A stretch of 42,416 nt of DNA from NCBI GenBank assembly GCA_030623035.1, contig JAUXFK010000002.1, forward strand, positions 1 through 42,416, in the 5' to 3' direction. The notes below the pieces were generated by a model. That model ran no database searches. It worked only from the letters and a program-made list of their open reading frames with translations, and was not told the origin of the DNA. The translations under genes were made by a program, and so were the position numbers. Position 1 is the first letter of the stretch. Every line of letters begins with the position of its first letter. Shown in pieces: positions 38,122 to 42,416 of this stretch. The stretch comes from Deltaproteobacteria bacterium. Its GTDB lineage: Bacteria; Desulfobacterota; UBA8473.

Positions 38122-39774
38122 ATGGTTATGCCAAAATGGATTAAAGCTCTCTTTATACTGATTATTTTATTGGGGGTTTTAAGTTGCAAAAATGGGAGTG
38201 AAGAATCCGTCCAGGTTGTGGATAAAGATCAAAGTCTTATAAAACCGGAATACGGGGATATTTTGATAGATAGCTCTATCGGGGACGCAAGCAACCTCAT
38301 TCCAATGTTGTCATCAGACAGCTCATCTCATAGTGTGGCCGGTTTAATATTCAATGGACTGGTAAAGTATGATAAGAACCTTAATTTAATCGGTGACCTC
38401 GCAGAATCATGGGATATATCAGAAGATGGCTTGACCATAACCTTTCATTTAAAAAAAGGAGTCAAATGGCAAGACGGTGTCGAGTTTAGTGCCAATGACG
38501 TTATGTTTGGATATAAGACGATTATAGACCCCAATACCCGTACCGCATACGCTGGAGATTACCTGGAAGTCAAGGAAGCTCATATCATTGACAGGTACAC
38601 ATTTAGAGTGAGTTACGACAAACCTTTCGCTCCTGCACTGGCAAGCTGGGGAAGCTCTGTGGTTCTGCCTGAACATCTATTAAAGGATAAAGATATAAAC
38701 ACCTCTGAGTTGAGTCGCCACCCCATAGGTACAGGCCCTTACAGGTTTAAAAAGTGGAGTACTGGGGAGAAGATCGAATTGGTATCTAACCATGATTATT
38801 TTGAGGGAAGGCCTTATATAGATGGATATGTATTTCGGATTATACCGGATCTTGCGACTACCTTTTTAGAACTCAAGGCCGGGGGAATAGATATGATGGG
38901 ATTAACCCCTTTACAGTTTAAAAAGCAGACTGATACAGATAAGATAAAGAGGAACTTTAATAAGTACAAGTATCTTGCCTTCGGCTATACATACATTGGT
39001 TATAATCTTACAAATCCGATCTTTAAGGATAAACGGGTACGTCAGGCGATCAGTTATGCGATCGATAAAGAGGAGATAATCGAGGGGGTACTGCTGGGGC
39101 TGGGGAAGGTAGCAACAGGCCCTTATAAACCAGAAACATGGTATTACAACCCGGATGTAAAGAGATACCCCTATAACCCGAAAGAGGCAAAGAGATTACT
39201 GAAAGAAGCGGGTTGGATCGATACGGACAATGATGGTATACTGGACAAAGAGGGCATTCCTTTTCGTTTTACCATAATAACAAACCATGGCAATGAGCAA
39301 AGGAAACAATGCGGGGAGGTCATACAGCATAGGCTGAAGAAGGTGGGTATTGAAGTAAAGCTAAGGGTTATTGAGTGGGCAGCCTTCATCAATGACTTTA
39401 TTGACAAGAGAAACTTTGAGGCTGTTATCCTCGGATGGTCCATGGGGCCTGAGCCTGATCTATACGACATATGGCATTCAAGCAAAACCGGCTTTAAAGA
39501 GTTCAACTTTATCTCATATAAGAACGAAGAAGTGGACGAGCTAATATTGAAGGGGAGGCATACCTTCGATAAGGAGGAGAGGAAAAGGTGTTACTTTAAG
39601 ATCCAGGAGATATTGGCTGAAGACCAGCCTTATACATTCCTTTATGTTCCCTATGCCTTGCCTATCATCCACAAGAGATTTAAAGGGGTTGAACCTGCCC
39701 CTATAGGATTAGACTATAATTTCATCGAATGGTATGTGCCAAAGGCAGAGCAGAAATACAGGACGCAACAGTGA
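38122..39774 (+). CDS. ABC transporter substrate-binding lipoprotein, family 5 (peptide/nickel, OppA/DppA-like)
   Basis: Lipobox LGVLSC; family-5 SBP size and motifs (GLVKYDKNLNLIGDLAESW, TFHLKKGVKWQDG, GPYRFKKW). No cognate permease or ATPase genes adjacent. Confidence 0.85.
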   Translation: MVMPKWIKALFILIILLGVLSCKNGSEESVQVVDKDQSLIKPEYGDILIDSSIGDASNLIPMLSSDSSSHSVAGLIFNGLVKYDKNLNLIGDLAESWDISEDGLTITFHLKKGVKWQDGVEFSANDVMFGYKTIIDPNTRTAYAGDYLEVKEAHIIDRYTFRVSYDKPFAPALASWGSSVVLPEHLLKDKDINTSELSRHPIGTGPYRFKKWSTGEKIELVSNHDYFEGRPYIDGYVFRIIPDLATTFLELKAGGIDMMGLTPLQFKKQTDTDKIKRNFNKYKYLAFGYTYIGYNLTNPIFKDKRVRQAISYAIDKEEIIEGVLLGLGKVATGPYKPETWYYNPDVKRYPYNPKEAKRLLKEAGWIDTDNDGILDKEGIPFRFTIITNHGNEQRKQCGEVIQHRLKKVGIEVKLRVIEWAAFINDFIDKRNFEAVILGWSMGPEPDLYDIWHSSKTGFKEFNFISYKNEEVDELILKGRHTFDKEERKRCYFKIQEILAEDQPYTFLYVPYALPIIHKRFKGVEPAPIGLDYNFIEWYVPKAEQKYRTQQ

Positions 39775-39796
39775 TATAAATTTTTCAGCGTGAACG

Positions 39797-39874
39797 AATA
39801 AGTGCCCATCTAAAAATTTTACCTCCTTCTGACCTAATAGGTCACGTGACCTAATTTCCGGATGGGCACTTATT
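39797..39874. repeat. 78-bp palindromic mini-element related to the MITE termini, between convergent genes
   Basis: AATAAGTGCCCATC ... GATGGGCACTTATT (14-bp perfect inverted repeat). The ends resemble the MITE TIRs (AGTGCCCATCTAAAAA vs AGTGTCCATCCAGAAA; TTTCCGGATGGGCACT vs TTTATGGATGGACACT). The core holds the perfect 14-bp palindrome AGGTCACGTGACCT. Confidence 0.6.
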
Positions 39875-39898
39875 AGGGTTTTATTTTAATATAATGTA

Positions 39899-41209
39899 TT
39901 AGAAATTAAAGATAATGTCTAACTGTATCCGATCTTCGTCTTTTTGCCCATCCTTACTCTCATTATCACGTTCAGTTAAGAACAATGTCCCCCTAGCCTG
40001 AATATTATCCGCAAGCAGATACCGTCCCTGGATACAGTGCCCTTTGTTATTGGTTCCCCCACCGTGAAAGTCTGAATCTACGAATACAGCAGGGAATGTA
40101 TAATCTTGCAATTCCTGATAAAAGTATTTTGCATACCAATCCCCTTTTTTCTTCTTGTTCCCCAGTGAAAAACCGATAAGCCACCCAGTGTTGCGATCAT
40201 CACCCGAATAACTTTCAAGCTTTGAAGGGTCACTATTACCAGGCTCTACCCCCTCTTCTATAAGTTTATCGATGTCTGCATCCGTGTTTATAATAAAATT
40301 CCCAAATAGGGAAAAGGGTTCAGGAAATACATCTTTTAACTTGAGTTTTGCCACCAATTCCAAACATCTGAACTCGTTTAACAGATTGCCCTCTGCATCG
40401 AAAATCATCTGCTGGCTATGTTTATGATTATATCCTAAAAAATCTGTTTTGTTGCTTAATGTTCCAGGTTCCCAATCTATTGCATCCAGGTTAACAAAAT
40501 CATAAAAAGTCCCTGCGATCTCAAGCTTTGCATCTTTATTTGGCTTTATTACAGTTCCTGCCTGGTACACAAGCAGGGTCGGATCCTTATCTGTATCTTT
40601 AATGTTCAATTCCTCTATGACCCACTGACCCAGGTTAAAGAAGATATACATATCATCATTTACATCAAAATTTAGACTTTCAGAGACACCTTCAGGATTA
40701 ATGTCCGAGTCCCATACCAAAGAGGTCGTCAGTAAGGGGTTCTTATGCTTTCCGCCTGTAATTTTTACGGTATCATTCAGCTTCCATGAAGCATATGCCC
40801 TATCTATAAAAATTCCCTTACCCCTTGCATGCTCATCAAAACTCTGGTTTGTCGTATTCTGATACCCCGATCCGGAGACCAATCGAAACCCAACTTCTGT
40901 GTTTTTTGTTGTCTTTGCCTTTACCCCAAATCTAAGGCGATACCGTTCTCGGTTACGGGCATAATCATCATCACCCGTATCTATCCATTGTGTATCATGG
41001 CGAAGCCTCAGATCCCCTTTAAAACTCGTCTTTTCTAAGATCTTAAGGTATTTTTCTTTTGCATTATACACCATAGCTTCCCTTGCTTCATCCTCAGTAA
41101 TGATACCCTTTTCCTTCAGGATATCAGTAAGATCACCTGCCATTGCCCCAATTTCGGTCAAAAGCACGAAAAGAACACAAAACAATATACTGAACTGTAA
41201 TTTTTTCAT
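39899..41209 (-). CDS. Outer-membrane beta-barrel porin (candidate Pho-regulated / phosphate-selective porin)
   Basis: Signal peptide; N-terminal LKEKGIITEDEA helix motif seen in putative-porin families; alternating beta-strand pattern; C-terminal ...LDIIFNF ending in Phe; AGGAGGAAA RBS. Confidence 0.7.
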   Translation of the reverse strand: MKKLQFSILFCVLFVLLTEIGAMAGDLTDILKEKGIITEDEAREAMVYNAKEKYLKILEKTSFKGDLRLRHDTQWIDTGDDDYARNRERYRLRFGVKAKTTKNTEVGFRLVSGSGYQNTTNQSFDEHARGKGIFIDRAYASWKLNDTVKITGGKHKNPLLTTSLVWDSDINPEGVSESLNFDVNDDMYIFFNLGQWVIEELNIKDTDKDPTLLVYQAGTVIKPNKDAKLEIAGTFYDFVNLDAIDWEPGTLSNKTDFLGYNHKHSQQMIFDAEGNLLNEFRCLELVAKLKLKDVFPEPFSLFGNFIINTDADIDKLIEEGVEPGNSDPSKLESYSGDDRNTGWLIGFSLGNKKKKGDWYAKYFYQELQDYTFPAVFVDSDFHGGGTNNKGHCIQGRYLLADNIQARGTLFLTERDNESKDGQKDEDRIQLDIIFNF

Positions 41210-41335
41210 CCATTTCCTCCTATTAAAACCGATCTAAATTGAAATTAAAAAAAAGTAATATCCAGATTAAACTTATGATCACCTCCTTTGCATGGTGATT
41301 TGGCAAGTAGCCATCTGCCTAGATTAAGGCAAAGA

Positions 41336-41375
41336 TATTACAGATTGATTACGACTTTGTTAATCTTTTGTTACA
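41336..41375 (-). promoter_or_regulatory. Candidate Pho-box array a (four heptamers at exact 11-bp phasing, oriented toward the porin gene)
   Basis: Minus strand reads TGTAACA-4-ATTAACA-4-CGTAATC-4-TGTAATA, then 9 nt, then TAATCT (41321..41326). Confidence 0.5.
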
Positions 41376-41549
41376 ATTTGACGTGTCTGGAAAAAAGGTT
41401 ACAAGCTGTGCAGTTAAGCAAGTCCAGATTATCGAACTCCTCCTTGATGGTTCGATAAGAAGACAGAAATGACGAGAACAGAGTTAACCGCACAGTTTGA
41501 ACTTTTTTGGAGACAGGAGGGGCGAATTTCCTGCTAGGCTTCATCAAAT

Positions 41550-41578
41550 CTTAACCCATTCGTAATCAAATCGTAATA
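41550..41578 (+). promoter_or_regulatory. Candidate Pho-box array b (three heptamers, 11-bp phasing)
   Basis: CTTAACC-4-CGTAATC-4-CGTAATA, then 9 nt, then TATTAA (41588..41593). Confidence 0.4.
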
Positions 41579-41720
41579 AGAGTCTGTTATTAAAATCAGT
41601 CAGCATCGGGAAAAAGTATACAAAGGAGGGTTGATAACGCAGTGAAGTATGACATTGTTGAAGAAAAAGGCTTTATATCTCATAAAGATATCAGGTGAGA
41701 CCAGGAAGAATGAAGCCGTC

Positions 41721-41793
41721 ATGCCGGACTTGATCCGGCATCCAGAAGTCATATCATACTGATAATATTCTGGATTCCTGCTTTCGCAGGAAT
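41721..41793. repeat. Double-hairpin REP-like element
   Basis: ATGCCGGA-CTTGA-TCCGGCAT (41721..41741) and ATTCCTGC-TTTC-GCAGGAAT (41774..41793), each a perfect 8-bp stem. Confidence 0.6.
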
Positions 41794-42026
41794 GATGGCA
41801 CATAGTTTGTGATTCTAATAATTTCAACAAGTTAGAAGAACTTTGGACTGTGTAGATAAATAGTATCTGAACGAAAAGTACTCTGCTCCGGTAGTAAGGA
41901 TGGTTTAACTTAATTTTCCTTTGGTTATAGATAAGGTGATAAGCTGTTAGCGATTAACAAGTAGGGTCTTGAGATAAGGGGCGAGGCCGAAAATCAAGCA
42001 AAGGGAAGGAGGTGAACTAGATAAAA

Positions 42027-42066
42027 CCGTAATCAAATCTTAACACAATCTTAACATAATTGTAAC
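42027..42066 (+). promoter_or_regulatory. Candidate Pho-box array c (four heptamers, 11-bp phasing) upstream of pstS
   Basis: CGTAATC-4-CTTAACA-4-CTTAACA-4-TGTAACA, then 9 nt, then TACAAG (42076..42081). The ATG lies 52 nt further on. Confidence 0.55.
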
Positions 42067-42132
42067 ATTTCTCTGGTACAAGTAAAGATTAACAAGACTT
42101 CTAATCATTTTAAAAAATAAGGAGGCAGGAAC

Positions 42133-42416
42133 ATGAAGAAGTCATTCTGGGTAAAAGCGCTTGTCTTATCAATGGTATTCTGTTTTAATATCAGCAGCTT
42201 TGCATTTGCGGAGAAGCTGGTCATCAAAGGTTCTACCACGGTCCTCCCTGTCGCCCAGAAGGCGGCTGAGGACTACATGAAAACGCATCCTGATGTAACC
42301 ATATCGATCTCCGGCGGCGGTTCCGGAAAGGGGATCAAGGCATTGGTTGACGGTTTTACCGATATTGCCAACGCTTCCCGGTTCATCAAGCAGAAAGAGA
42401 TTAACCATGCCATGAA
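42133..42416 (+). CDS. pstS: Phosphate ABC transporter substrate-binding protein PstS; 3' end outside window
   Basis: Signal peptide, then LVIKGSTTVLPVAQKAAEDYMKTHPDVTISISGGGSGKGIKALVDGFTDIANASR, typical of the PstS family. RBS AAGGAGG. Confidence 0.88.
   Translation, partial: MKKSFWVKALVLSMVFCFNISSFAFAEKLVIKGSTTVLPVAQKAAEDYMKTHPDVTISISGGGSGKGIKALVDGFTDIANASRFIKQKEINHAM

Noticed and set aside
41600-41830. 76-aa minus-strand ORF
   Set aside because: Its sequence is dictated by the two perfect hairpins of a REP-like element, and there is no RBS.
1-42416. Search for tRNA, rRNA, CRISPR arrays, prophage or defence-system genes
   Set aside because: Scanning the intergenic regions, I saw no T-arm/anticodon-arm pattern, no spaced repeats, and no nuclease, helicase or methylase genes.

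Overview
Bacterial chromosomal window with gene content typical of an anaerobe. I saw no rRNA, tRNA or CRISPR array. All homology calls come from motif recognition by eye; nothing was searched or computed beyond hand counting.

- 1-14.5 kb (+): one long co-directional respiratory operon. It holds the 3' part of a NuoF-like flavoprotein, a selenocysteine formate dehydrogenase alpha subunit (in-frame TGA plus SECIS-like hairpin), and a tandem paralogue whose equivalent codon is TGG (Trp). These are followed by nuoH-I-J-K-L-M-N. There is no canonical nuoG.
- 14.9-25 kb: a secreted SRPBCC protein, a short PHP-like ORF abutting a 220-bp MITE-like hairpin element, and an NAD-dependent sugar epimerase. 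Then a four-subunit 2-oxoacid:ferredoxin oxidoreductase (delta-alpha-beta-gamma), an ABC-2 exporter pair and a cupin. Next is an IS200/RAYT-type HUH transposase carrying REP-like hairpins and an 18-nt tandem repeat inside its own reading frame, then an M50 protease and a PHP phosphoesterase.
- 25.2-27.9 kb: an HMG-CoA-synthase-like::DUF35 fusion that appears to lack the catalytic Glu and Cys, plus an archaeal/SCP-x-type thiolase.
- 27.9-34.1 kb: a B12-binding-domain radical SAM enzyme and a TPR protein with a 4-Cys Twitch-like motif. They lie divergent from a sigma-54-type promoter and an 854-aa secreted multidomain protein ending in a [10 protein letters not shown]...TM tail.
- 34.3-37.9 kb (-): lipid kinase, thiolase, 3-hydroxybutyryl-CoA dehydrogenase, cysteine hydrolase.
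- 38-42.4 kb: a family-5 solute-binding lipoprotein, a porin, and a ~920-bp ORF-poor region with three arrays of heptamers phased at 11 bp (candidate Pho boxes). The window ends in pstS, which runs off the edge.

A MITE family with TAGTGTCCATCC-type termini occurs three times.
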